Assembly: GCA_000708835.1 (NCBI GenBank)
Contig: DF237292.1
Location: 1 to 64,000, forward strand
DNA length: 64,000 nucleotides
Source: Klebsormidium nitens
Lineage: Eukaryota > Plantae > Klebsormidiophyceae
Direction: 5' to 3'
The translations under genes and the position numbers were made by a program. The notes under the pieces were generated by a model, which was given only the letters and a program-made list of their open reading frames with translations, had not been told where the DNA came from and did no database searches. This document shows, one piece after another, positions 11,801 through 23,830 of the stretch. How positions within the stretch are numbered: the first letter of the stretch is position 1; each line of letters begins with the position of its first letter.

Positions 11801-14007
11801 TCAGCGCCTCTTCCAGACTGGAGACGTTCCGCAGGTCCGCCGCTACCAGGTTGTAGTTGCTGCTCCGCACCTCGCCTTTATCTATCGATCAAAAAAAGTT
11901 GTTGTGGGTTCTCTACTCACTTTTTGACCGTTGACAAGTCGACCATTCGCATATCTTGCTGCCGTCCAAAAAGACTCTCCTCGCAGAATGAGGATGAAAA
12001 CGGGCTTCAAAGGTCAACGATGCCAAGTTCCATCGAAAAAGACGTGCTGTGGGCCTCTGCTCCTTGGGCTACGTCTGCATGGGAACTTCGAATGCAATAT
12101 CGATTCGGATCTGCTATTAATCTCATCGTATTTCTTGGCTGCAGCTTGAGTCAAGCTGTAAGCTAGACGGAACGCTCGCTGCCCAAGAATGGACTGGAAA
12201 GAAGTCAAATTGCACGTCAAGGAAGCAGGAAGTCCGCGACCGTGCGTGTGATGAAATGCGTCTCTCCAAGACGTGTGTTCAAAAGTTGCAGGCACATACA
12301 AGGCCCGCCTCTTTTGACGATGTGACCTCTTCCATTACTTCTTGAAGTCCAGTTCTGGGCTGAGCCTCACCTTTCTGCACCTGCGCATATTTTGGCAGGA
12401 TGTTGCACAGCTCCAGGTGGTGCGCAATGGCCGCCATCTTGCGGCTGGTGACCTGGAAGTAAGAACGGCCAGGGTTGCTCAGCTTCTTCATGAGAACACC
12501 GTGGGGTAGCAATGCGACCAAGTAATGCATAGAAACAGCTTTTGTTGAGGCTCCCAGATTTGCAAGAGTGAGCCCGACCCCAATGTGTTGCAAGTCCAGT
12601 CGATTGCAGGGTAGGAACAGGCACAGGACAGCTCACCTCCAAAAAGTCGACCTCGTAGTAGACCGCTGGCGCAGTGCCTTCCGCCTGGTGAGAGTGTAAC
12701 ATGTCAGAAAAGTCTGTCTGGGTGGCTGAGCAGGAAGTAAGCCTGCTTCTTGAGTGCCAATCGGTGGCCCTGCTTCTGCACAGTCGCCATTTGCTCCTTG
12801 CTTGGTTGCCGACTCTGCCAGTTGACAGATGCATCTCGCCCAAATACCTGACGGCAAGACACGCTTTCTCCAAAAAAGAACCTGCGACCTCACTGAAAAG
12901 AATTGCCGTCAAGTGAAGAAGTGCCGCTGTCAGCAACAAAGGTCAGTATGATCAGCGCAAGGTTGCATCAAAGTCACCTGCAGCTGAAAGTAGGTTGTGT
13001 CGAAGCCCGCCCCCAGAGACAAGACCTGCTTCTTCACGGGCACGTTCGGGTTTTCTGACGGTGCTGCTGTGAGGAACTGGTGAAGCAGCTTCCGGACAGC
13101 TGCCCAGCGCGCATAGTAACCTGCAGAAGAGATAACCACTTGTCTCCAAACTGCATTCTGGTTTACGTGAGTACTTGACATGTCGTTGGCTCATTGGAAG
13201 ACCATTTTGCTGTGCCTAGCATTAAGGGGCAGTGGCGAAGGCGAGGGCTTTGCAGATGTCCACCTTGAAGAAACATAGAATCAACTCTCGGTGTAGACTG
13301 TACGATATGTTGCATAAAGTGGGCGACATGCACTGGCAAGTGGAGACTGGCAGTTGAAAGCATCCAACTGGGCATCTATATTAAAATGAGGGCAGACTGG
13401 CACTGTGGAGGTCTTGTTCTGAGGATAGGGTCTAAAACTCCAGACCAGTCAATTGCTGTTCTCCCCCACCTCTATTGATCACTGGAGCCCGCTTGGTGAA
13501 GCGCTTGATGAAGTACTTGACAAAGTCATCCTTGACGTACCCCATCTTTGTGCAAGACCTGCAGCGTCCAAACTAAGCTCACTAGAATACACATACGCAG
13601 CAATCACTTGATCGGACGGGATGTTATCAAGAGCCAAAAAGCGGGGATCCAATTGCAAAGTTTCTTTTGATCTGATCAGTTCCTTGATGCTGGACAGGGC
13701 AAGCAGCCAACCCAGTACCATCATGTCTCCAGTCCAGCTGTTTGTCACCACTTTAGAAAGCGATCAGACAAAATGCTGAATTCACCCGCAAACCACCAAA
13801 AACAAATGAATTGGATGAATCAGCAGTGCATTCGTCAATTCCTGATGGCCAGCATCATCGAGCGGTATGGAGGTTTGGCCGCACTCACGCTTTGCTCACT
13901 GTCGCGTCGTCGTTTGTCCCCATCACGGAAGCGTCACTGCTTCCGGCAAAACCGACGCCCGAGCCTGGGGAGCTGCCAAACCTGCCTGGATACAGCGGTG
14001 GTTCCAT
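8891..14007 (-). CDS. LCMT1: Leucine carboxyl methyltransferase 1 (PP2A methyltransferase, LCMT1/SBI1-like), complete multi-exon gene
   Basis: Exons give MEPP...TNDDATVSKA|SCTKMGYVKDDFVKYF...PVINRG|YYAR...QVLSLGAGFDTTYFQLQ|...YYEVDF|...AADLR|...ILAECVLIYL...YEQ|IRPDDAFGQQMIRNLE|MRGCPLLGI...GWQ|RAEALDM|RIEKLEIFDEFEEWHIMQ|EHYC...|GMFDRFGF...stop. Confidence 0.92.
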
Positions 14008-15613
14008 CACGACGATGTCGAGCACTTGCTTCAGAGAAGTAGAAAGTGCATCGATTGGTTGACCACTTGATCAAGCACAAGCTCGAATGAGGCGAAGCCA
14101 CCAACTAGGTTCCTGACGTGCTCTCAGGGCAGAAGCGCCATCGTGCAGGCTGCAATCTGCGCCCTATCGAGCTGGCCCCCTCACAAAAGAAACACTGCAC
14201 ATGACAGGCCTGAGTGCTGTTCTAGCAAAAAGACCGGGAGCGTGGGGGAACAACATTTGCGTAATTTTTGGCAAAAAAGTGGGGTGTGTGGGGAGCAACA
14301 CATTTGCGGCCTCTGGGAAGTTTGTTTGGCCTTCATCGCGTGCGTCCGATAGAACATCCGACGCCTCCGAAGCGGTCCACGTCAGCATCTCCTTCCGGAG
14401 CGGCAAGAAGCGCTTGACACTGTGTTTTCCGACCGCGACCGGGGCGGAAGAGTAGAGAATGGCGGAAAATGGTCGAAAATGGCTGCGCAGGAAGTGAAGA
14501 AGTAGAAGCTGAAGTCACAACTAGGTAGATGAGGAAGCTCGAGGGAGTTGCTGCGGCTCGTGTGGAGGGAAAACTCTCTTGAAGTTGGTCTTCGATCATG
14601 GGGTCAAAGGCCACTCCAGCATCCTATGATCAGTAAGAAGAGCTTTGTGTGGAGGTGGACGGGTCAGCATTGTCACAGCAGGGCTAGCGCAAGGAGAAGC
14701 TGTTGTCCAGTGAATGGTGCCTTAACCGCTGCAATTTACCTCCCAGAATGAGGTGTCCTGCAGCAGACTTAGAGATATCTCATACAGAAGCCAACAATCT
14801 CTACATAGCCACCTTCTTCCGCTGGCGCTCTGCTCCTTCCTCGGGCTTTCATGGCGGCTGGTGAGTTGTCTGACTTTTACTCATGTGGACATTTTGAGGA
14901 CTCCTTCTTAGCAGGACTCCCCTGCATTCACAAAACTCAAGCGGGGGTTTCTGACAGCGATCATTTCATTCTGCAGATGCGACAATGTCCAGTCATTCTG
15001 AAATTGCGGTCAATTGTCATGATGTTCATTTCAATCAGATGCTCCAATGCCAGTATTGGCTACTCCAGTTTCTTCTGCCCCACTCTTCATGTATCTCAGT
15101 GATGCCTCAATGCTCGCAGTGCCATCGTTCCGCTGAAAGCCTATTTGTTGTTCACTAGCATTGTTTGTGATCAGCGACCCGACTTGTTCTTCATTGATGA
15201 CTTTGTTAATTTGTTTCCTAGGTGTTTGCTCAGACCATCGTGAAGATCGTCCAAGCGGGGTCGGAAATGCGGAGGAGAGGCAGATTGTGCAAGTTTAGCA
15301 ACCAGGTCAGTCTCCAGTACCAGCAGTTCGAACTTGCGTCTCTCTGTGTTAAGATTGAGGCCTGTTGATCATATCTTTTCTAGGTATCTCCTCCTTATTG
15401 TCATAGCCTTCAGTGCAATCAGTAGATTGCCGAGCTCGCTGTGCTGGTTTCCCTTGTTATATGCTGATCTTGCAGGCCCCGCTGTTATCTGCTTGTGCAT
15501 CTTCAGTACCAAATTTGTCATTAAAGTTCTGGTGACAGAGTCAGATCTTGGGGCTATGCAGATGCAAAATGGTTTCAAAGATTTAGGACATCTGGTTGAC
15601 GTCCTTTTGTTTG

Positions 15614-16270
15614 CTAAGGTTTGCAAAACTTGTCTTCATTTTGCATGCAATGTCGGGCCCGGGGTTTGATCTGGAGGCTTGCTTCTCTTGCAGATCCAGG
15701 TCTGTGTTTCCATTCTGATGGATCCTTTGTGAAAGAAGGACGCACGCGGGCCAGCTCAAGAGGAGCAGCGACAGAGTTCGTAGCATCGTAAATCTGGACG
15801 GGGACGATATGGAGACGCTGAGTGTTAACGGGAGGGACGGACGGGAGGGACGGCAGCGGGGGGTGGTGGGGGGAGTCGAAAGCATACTAAGCATCATAAA
15901 GTGTGGATGCAGCCTCGAGCTGGAGAAAGACAGCAAGGGGGGCAGGCGGCTCAGGTTGGAAAGAAGGGGACCAATTCGAATGGCAGTGGGGATTTATGCG
16001 TGGGCGAGCATCTGGCGCAAGGAGAAGCGGAGATCACCGGGCCAACTTCTCCTGGAAAGGGACTTCTGCCGCAGCCCTGGCAGCTGGTCCAGGACCAAGA
16101 AGAAGCTCAGCGGAGCAGCCAAGTGCCGCCGGCGGGACACTTGCATCAAGGGGTTGCTAAGCAAGGGCCGATGATGGGGCCTCAGCTGGGGGATCAGGTG
16201 GCCTCTGCGGGGGGTCCTCAGGAGGGGACCGGCCTGCCCCCGGAAGGGGGTCCGCAGGAGGTCGCTGAGC
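15614..16270 (-). pseudogene. Decayed Pro/Ala-rich reading frame, function unknown
   Basis: One frame (AELLLGPGPAARAAAEVPFQEKLAR*SPLLL...TLYDA*YAFDSPHHPPLP...) has three in-frame stops: TAG 16157-59, TGA 16034-36 and TAG 15887-89. Each is one C>T change from CAG or CGA. Confidence 0.3.
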
Positions 16271-17409
16271 AGGATAAGGTGAATGTTGTTGCATTTCTTT
16301 CTCTTTCTGCGCTTTCTGACATTAGAGTGTTGAAAGGCTTGTATGACACAGGGTGTTCTCAACGTGTTCGGCATAGAGCTATAATTTGGAGGGCAAGTAA
16401 CAGTATCGCTTGCAAGCCACAATGCAAGTACGCAATTAAGCCTAGGCATGTGTTTGGATCTTCAAGACAGGCTGCCTCGGTATGGTAGATGTTTTTGTCC
16501 AGGTCTGGATCGAAACTGTGGCCCATGTATGTAGTCCCTGAAGTCCAGTCGAGTTGGACCCACTTCGCCCTCCCCGTACTGTTTTGAGTTACAACATCTT
16601 GAAAGCTTTTATTCTTGTGGTGCTGTAGCGAAGGGCGGTGACAAAGAGAGGGGGACGTACCGCGAGACACAAAATGAAGTCCAACGCCGCGCTGGTGGCG
16701 CGTCGTCCCCAACATGCTGCCCTTCTAGCACAAACAGGCCACCCTTGGCATCCACATCTACCCCAACCTCAAACCCCCCATTGCCCTCGGTAGAGGGCCG
16801 CCGCTCGAGCCACAACAACACCCTCCTCTCTTGGCCAGCTGCACCTGGTTCCCTTCCATCCAACCTCGGCCATTTTTCCCGACTGCAAGTGGACCCCAGC
16901 CTCACCCCCAGAACTATGAATTCCGCCCAACCAGCGGTCCGCAAGTCTCCCCAATCCAACCTCACCTTCCCCAGAATGTGGCCCCTGACAGCAGACCCCA
17001 GTGCAGCCTTCGCCCCCCCAGCCTGCCGTTCTTTTACTCTGCAGCAAACCCGGGACGCACTCAGATTGGTCGGGGCATGCCGCCTGGATCGGGATCTGCG
17101 AATCAGGTCCAGGGTGCATTTCCGCGCCATCATTCGGGGACGCCGGGAGGCCCTCTGCCGTCCCTGGGAAGCCCACCCCCGCAGCAGACGCTGTTTCAGC
17201 GGCCTGCGCCCCCTCCAAACCTAGGAGCTGGCCCCCAGATGCACGGGCAACCGTCCCCCGAGCCTCCGGATGATGCAGCACGGCAACCAGGAGGGCGTGC
17301 CGGCACTGGTCCCACTGTACCCGAGCGTCTGATCCGGTTGATGAGCTATGGAAGGGAGCGCCTGCTGGAGGAGCTGCGGAGCAATCAGCTCCCGAGTGAT
17401 GACGAGAAT

Positions 17410-18047
17410 NNNNNNNNNNNNNNNNNNNNNNNNNNNNNNNNNNNNNNNNNNNNNNNNNNNNNNNNNNNNNNNNNNNNNNNNNNNNNNNNNNNNNNNNNNN
17501 NNNNNNNNNNNNNNNNNNNNNNNNNNNNNNNNNNNNNNNNNNNNNNNNNNNNNNNNNNNNNNNNNNNNNNNNNNNNNNNNNNNNNNNNNNNNNNNNNNNN
17601 NNNNNNNNNNNNNNNNNNNNNNNNNNNNNNNNNNNNNNNNNNNNNNNNNNNNNNNNNNNNNNNNNNNNNNNNNNNNNNNNNNNNNNNNNNNNNNNNNNNN
17701 NNNNNNNNNNNNNNNNNNNNNNNNNNNNNNNNNNNNNNNNNNNNNNNNNNNNNNNNNNNNNNNNNNNNNNNNNNNNNNNNNNNNNNNNNNNNNNNNNNNN
17801 NNNNNNNNNNNNNNNNNNNNNNNNNNNNNNNNNNNNNNNNNNNNNNNNNNNNNNNNNNNNNNNNNNNNNNNNNNNNNNNNNNNNNNNNNNNNNNNNNNNN
17901 NNNNNNNNNNNNNNNNNNNNNNNNNNNNNNNNNNNNNNNNNNNNNNNNNNNNNNNNNNNNNNNNNNNNNNNNNNNNNNNNNNNNNNNNNNNNNNNNNNNN
18001 NNNNNNNNNNNNNNNNNNNNNNNNNNNNNNNNNNNNNNNNNNNNNNC
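17410..18047. other. Assembly gap (638 N)
   Basis: Run of N bases. Confidence 1.
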
Positions 18048-21000
18048 GGGTCAAGTACCGATGGCAAAGGAAGGGACCGACAACCCGGGGGCCCCTCAGT
18101 GAGGGCAACCGGCCGCAGGCAATCTGGGCTATAGCGGATGTCCAAAGCCTGATGTTGGAAATTCTGGGGTCAGCCGGTTTGAACCTGTACGACGCGGATG
18201 GGAAGCTGAGGACGGACCCCCGGACTGGCGAGCCCTTCAAAACCCTGCAGAAAAAGTACTCGGAGGATGCTCGGGACCTCCTCGAGGGTCTTCTCCGCTC
18301 GCAGTTCGGGGGCAACACTTGGGTCGTGAAAATGGAGCGGAGAGCGGAGGCAGCGGGGGAGGAAGGTTGGCACTTTCTGAGGGCTGACTCGGTTGGCAAG
18401 CGACTTATCGTGTTCATGGACCAGCTCCTCCATCACATGGAGACCCTCCAAATGGTGAGTTGAGCTGTCTCAACAGGCTTTGAAGCGAGCAATGGCGGGT
18501 CCTGTAATGCTGACAGGCATGCTGTGAGCTTTCCCCTGTGATAGTTGAAGAAACGCTTTGCCGTTGCAATCTGAAACAAAAGGGAATCTTCTTTGACAAG
18601 AAGTTCACGTAAGTGAGCGGTGTGTTGGTGTTACATGCAATATACCAGCCATTCGTTGTTCAGCGAACGCCTCGGAGGTCCCTACCGTTGTCTAAATAGT
18701 ATTCTCATCATTTGCATCGTCTAAAAACGAAAGCTGAATATATTAGCCATTGAGTTGTTGTACTTTATGGGCCATCCGACGAGCTGAACTTCTCTGCCAT
18801 GTCGCTGCCTGTAAGACAACCGACTTGCAGGCTAGATAGGGACGACACAGGGTTCTCAAAGCTTTCCAGTTCACTCTTGTTACGATGATCCATGGAAGCT
18901 ATTTTGGTAAAGCGCCACTAACATTAACTACATTTTCGAGCGCAGGAGCCGAACCGCAAGCCTGGGGACTGGCGTGTTCGACTTTTGGACAGCCACAAAG
19001 TTTTCATTCGGAGCCGGCTAGAAGAGCTCACGGAGTTCATTCCACCCGAAGAGAGGCGGTACCCTACTCAGGAGGTAAGTCGCTTCTTGCGATTCAGAGT
19101 ACCACCTCGAGCCTCTTGAAAGAGTCTGCGCAGCCATCTCAGCACTCACGCCACTGCTTTGTTAACGTGTCCACTTCAGCCGAAGCCCTAACCTCAAGAT
19201 GCGGACTGCTCGTAGGCTCGTATCAAGCTTCGACCCTCGATCGGTTGGTGTCAATGGGCGCCAGCAAGTCGCGGCGAAGCTTCCTCAAGGCAAGATGTCG
19301 AGGACACCGTGACTAGCATGACCTTGGTACTTTTGCAGGTCAGATATACGCACTTCGATGCGTTTGTGACCAAGTACAGGAACCAACTTCCTGCAAATAT
19401 CACCCCCGCCTACTTGAAGATGTTCGTCATGACAGAAGTTGACGAAAGCTTACCTCTCGAAGTCTGGGCTGAGGTGAGAGGATCAGTGCGTCTGGTTGTA
19501 CAGCTAATCGTCCGGTTTTAGTCCATGTGCTGCTTTCGACTCTGCCGAAACGAAGGCGGCGATTGTGGTTGGTGCCGTTTGTGGATTCCGTGGTTCGTAC
19601 AACCTGGATGCACTCTCGACGAGGAAACATGTTTGGAACAGGGTGCAACACAAGTGAATTCAGTTTGGCAGACGGATCCTGAACTAGACGCGTCTACAGA
19701 AGTCAATGGACACGAAGCTGACCAGAGCGGTGAGAGGTACCTTTGCTATTTTGATTCTGAGCCGGTAGTCTTAAATAGTGCTTCCGCCGGTACGACTGTA
19801 TATCTTCTCCAGATTCCTGTTTCCAGAACACGATCAAGTGCAAGATCATGCTGGACAAAGCAGCGGGGCGAGATGGCAGCAAGCTCCCGCCTGGGTGGGC
19901 GCATCCAACCCCCCTGCAGCTTGCGAACATCGTCCGAATGTACAAGAACTGCCACCCTCTACGGCGACAAGGTGCGTGTCTCTTGCTGCTGCCTTGGAAC
20001 ACTAAATGCAATATCGAAAAGGTTTCCCATGTGACTCATGGTTGTGTTTGTCTTTTCACCCGTCGCATTGAACAAATTAACGGCACAGATGAGCGCTTAA
20101 TGTTGTGCTGATAGCGGTTAGTGATTCCCGATCTTGCAGATAGACCTCTCAAATTCGCCATCTCCGCCACGAACCAGTTCTGTCAACATTATGGCCTGTC
20201 AGCGGCCTCGATAGATAAGATTCTGGACGGCAAAGAGTCGCCAGGATATCGAATCTACCTTCCAAAGTACCGAGAGATTCTGGCTGAGTACGAAGCTGAT
20301 CCGAACGGGTTTTATCTGACGTACGCGATGGTTCAGCAGATGGGCAACATCCAACTCTGTATTCTGTTCGATAACGTGAGTCGAATCCATCCTGGATGAT
20401 TCACTTTCTGTAAACACAACCTACTCCTTTGTGCAAGCTTCCTTATGAGCAGGTTCGGTGATCCATCAAAGCACGTTCTTACAGAGATAGAAAACTGGCG
20501 GGGGAGGGCATGGACGTATCATTTTACAGCCGCTTAGACGAAGACACGGAAAGTTTTCGCTCCTGAATATTCTGGTGGAGGGTCTCCGTTTCTTTTGGGC
20601 ATCCGTTGGATCCTCATTCTGACCGCTTCTTTACCTCCCTTTTTCTGCAGAAATCACGTTCCTTGACTGATTCGTCCTTCTCTTGCGCAGCTAGCAAAGG
20701 CGGAAGCCGACTTTGAGCTCTATGCGGCCTACATTGTTTGAGGTGAGCGTTGAGCGGGCCCGATATGCTTCGGCAGCCGCATCCGAATAGGTGGTCTTCT
20801 CTTGACTTCAATGCCGTTTTTGTCGATGACTGGCGGAATTGGAGGCGATTGTTGCGTGGCTGTCGACTTTTGGTCGTGTACCAAGTCCCACAACTCTCCC
20901 GTACTCGAAATTGCTGATCCAAAATCAAGCAGGAACTATCTGGAAGGGACGGAAATACCCGGGGTAACACCCAGACTTGCTGAATTTTATCCTCCGCCAG

Positions 21001-23780
21001 GCAAGCTCTTCCTGAGAGGTGTTCGCACGGTTCATTGCCATTTTCCCCTCACAGATTGGGCAGTTCGTGCCGGAGCAGTACGCCCGGTACTTTGGCTTCA
21101 ACACGCTCGCCGCCGCGCAACTAGACGTGGACGACAAGATGACTGCCTCCAGGAGAGTCGTCGAGGGCAATTTCGAGAATAGCATGGGCGAGAACTCCTG
21201 GTTCGCTCGTCAAATGAGGAATCGGCAGGGGGACCGGACGCGGGCGAAGGGGCGGCAACTCAGGCCCCACGTGACCCTTGACCACCTCCTGGAGATGCTC
21301 GAGTTCCAGAAAAACAGTTGTCATTACAGCGGGGAGACCATCTTCCTGGCACGGGGCGGGAAGCGCAGCCCGCACGCAGGCACAGCGGAGCTCGTGGGCG
21401 ACAGCCGTGCGGTCAAGCTTGCGGCAAACTGGCTAGCCTGGGGTTTCAACTTTGCGCCCCTCGTCGTGCGGAAACTGTTCCTAGAATACTGGGGGTTCAA
21501 GGGCACAGGTACGTTGACTACCTGAAGCCGGACGGGCGGGGCGGTTATCGGGATTTCTACGAAGAGAAGTCCCTCGAGATCCTGGGCCAGGACAAGGACG
21601 GCAACTTGATCCCGGATGCCTCCGACGAAGGAGCTGCGGGTGACGAGTTGGGCGACGGGGCGGGCGGGTCGGCAATGAGTGAAAGAGCTGGCGCGACGCT
21701 TGCCCGGAGCGGCAGCCAGTCAGAAGAGAGCGGCCAATCCGGATCGGCTGTGCAAGCGGTCAGGTCGCTGCCATTTGGCGGCTTCGACGGTTCCTGGGGC
21801 GAACTGGAGGCAGGGCATCTGCACGCCCTCACAGCGGACAAGCCGCCGCCGGCGCCGCGGTATAGGCGCCAGGGACTGACCATCGACAGCGCCCCTCCTT
21901 CACTGAGCAACGTGCCGAGGCCGGCAGAGAGTTCCTCTTCGTCGCGTGGAACCCGATCGACCGCCGGTGGCGTCGCTCTTGCTTCAGGTTGGTTTCTGCT
22001 GAGCATATCTTGGCGAGTTGCGGCGTCGTTCCCCTTGCGAAAGGCTCAGCTGTAGAAATGGACATATCGACCGCCTTTGCGGCAAGGCCACTGCGCTTGC
22101 AGCAAAGTTTAGAGTGCAGAAGTCAAGATCTGTGTGTTGTGCTGGTGCGGGCGCCGTAGATTCTGGACACCAAAATCGAACCCAGATCCTTCCAAACAAC
22201 TTATTCAGATTTAGCCGTTTCTTGACACTTGTGCCCTCCTCTGATCAGGCTCGCGGTCCGTCAATTTGCCAAGTCGTTCCGGTGCCCCGCTCCCACCTCG
22301 ACCTTCGCGCTCACTGCCTTCTCGACATGGCAATCGGGATACCGCTCTGTCCATAACGGCTCAATCTGCGCCTGCCCGTGATCGTACGCTCCTGTTGCTC
22401 GCACTTTGAAGTTCAAGCTTGCTCTAAAGCTGTTCATGATGTCGCTCTTTCAGCTCTTTCTATGTATGCATCATTCTGCTCCTACTTTGTGCTTGTTCCG
22501 CATTCAGTAGGGGTTCTCTTTGTTGGGCGATATTTGAACAACTGAAGCGTACCAACACCCTAAGTGGATCGTTTTTCCCGAGAGTCCTCTTGCAGTCAAA
22601 CGCCCTTCAGCAACGAGGAGTCTCTTCGTTTGAGCTTTTGGTTTGCGATCCTTTCGCCTTCGATGGAGGCTTTCTTACCCGCTCGTCGTTCAGTAACCTT
22701 CAACGCATGCAGTCGCTCACACGCTCTTGCACCCCAAAAGGTGCTCAGCGTGTCATAGCTAGTATATTGTGTTTCTGGTTCGACCTTTTGTTGGAGCCTT
22801 ACTGCAACCAACTTCATATGCTGACAAGGCAAGACATTTCCACCAGGTTTTTCCACCAACACGCTGGCGACAGAGCACGCTGCGGCTGCGCCGCCGCCTG
22901 TCGCAGAACGCAATAGAGTTTTGCCCACGCCGCCGCCCCTGACTCGGCCGCAGGACGAGAGTGCCGCTGCGGCAGGCGCTCCTAACCCTGGCGACAAAGC
23001 AGCAGGTAGAGCATTCTCTCAGAGAGTAGCCACCGGCAAATGGTAGTGCTTTTGCCCGTACTATTTCACTCTCCCTTAGAAGGACGTTTTCCGTTCCTCA
23101 CTTATCGAAGCTCGTTCTCACGACTAGTCTGACCGGGTTGGCAAAGACATCGCGAAAGAGGTAAATCTGTTCCGTCACTATGCCGCATCCAAATCTCCGG
23201 CCAGGTGCGCAGTCTCTTTCTTCTCATACTTCACTATACCGCCCACGCTGAAGATGTCTCTCGCTCCTTTGCAGCTGCCCCTGCCAAGAACACTGGTGAC
23301 GTCAGCAAAGCTCCGGCTGGACGCGAGCCTGCCAATCCAGTCCGGGTTATTCTAAGGGTATGTGCCAGCAAACCGCTTTCCCGCTTAGCATCTCCTTGAT
23401 TCGAGGAAACGTGCTAAGGAGCTGTCCTCTGCTCGGGCTGCAGCTACACCTGATTGTGTCAATCATCGACCGCATGCAAGAATGATATGGCAGATGTTCT
23501 GCTTTTCCAGGACCCAAGCGTGTGGCTGATACTTGGCGCCTGACTCTACCTGCAGAGGTCGTCGCGAACACGCGGTCTTGCCAGACCAAAGCCCACCAGC
23601 GAAAGCGTGAACTTGTCGGACGAGGAAGACTCCGACCTGGACGCTGCTCCTGTCGAGGGTGAGCAACTTCGGCGCTCTCAAAGTCGCTGGGTAACGCCTA
23701 AAGACAGATGCTTATGTCGTGTCACGTCATTTGTGCATTCCTTCAGGGCTCTTTCCTTCCCCGCCTTTTTTAGAATGCCA

Positions 23781-23830
23781 GGGTCTCCTGACACAGTTGT
23801 TCGTTGGGTCTCCTGACACAGTTGTTCGTT
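23781..23830. repeat. 25-bp perfect tandem duplication in an intron
   Basis: GGGTCTCCTGACACAGTTGTTCGTT x2. Similar short tandem duplications occur near 24446-24480 (CTGCTCAATTCCGCAG x2) and near 38545-38570 (CGTGCTCACTGTC x2). Confidence 0.9.

Noticed and set aside
16769-18463. Long 371-458 aa ORFs spanning 17.4-18.0 kb
   Set aside because: They are artefacts of translating through the N gap.
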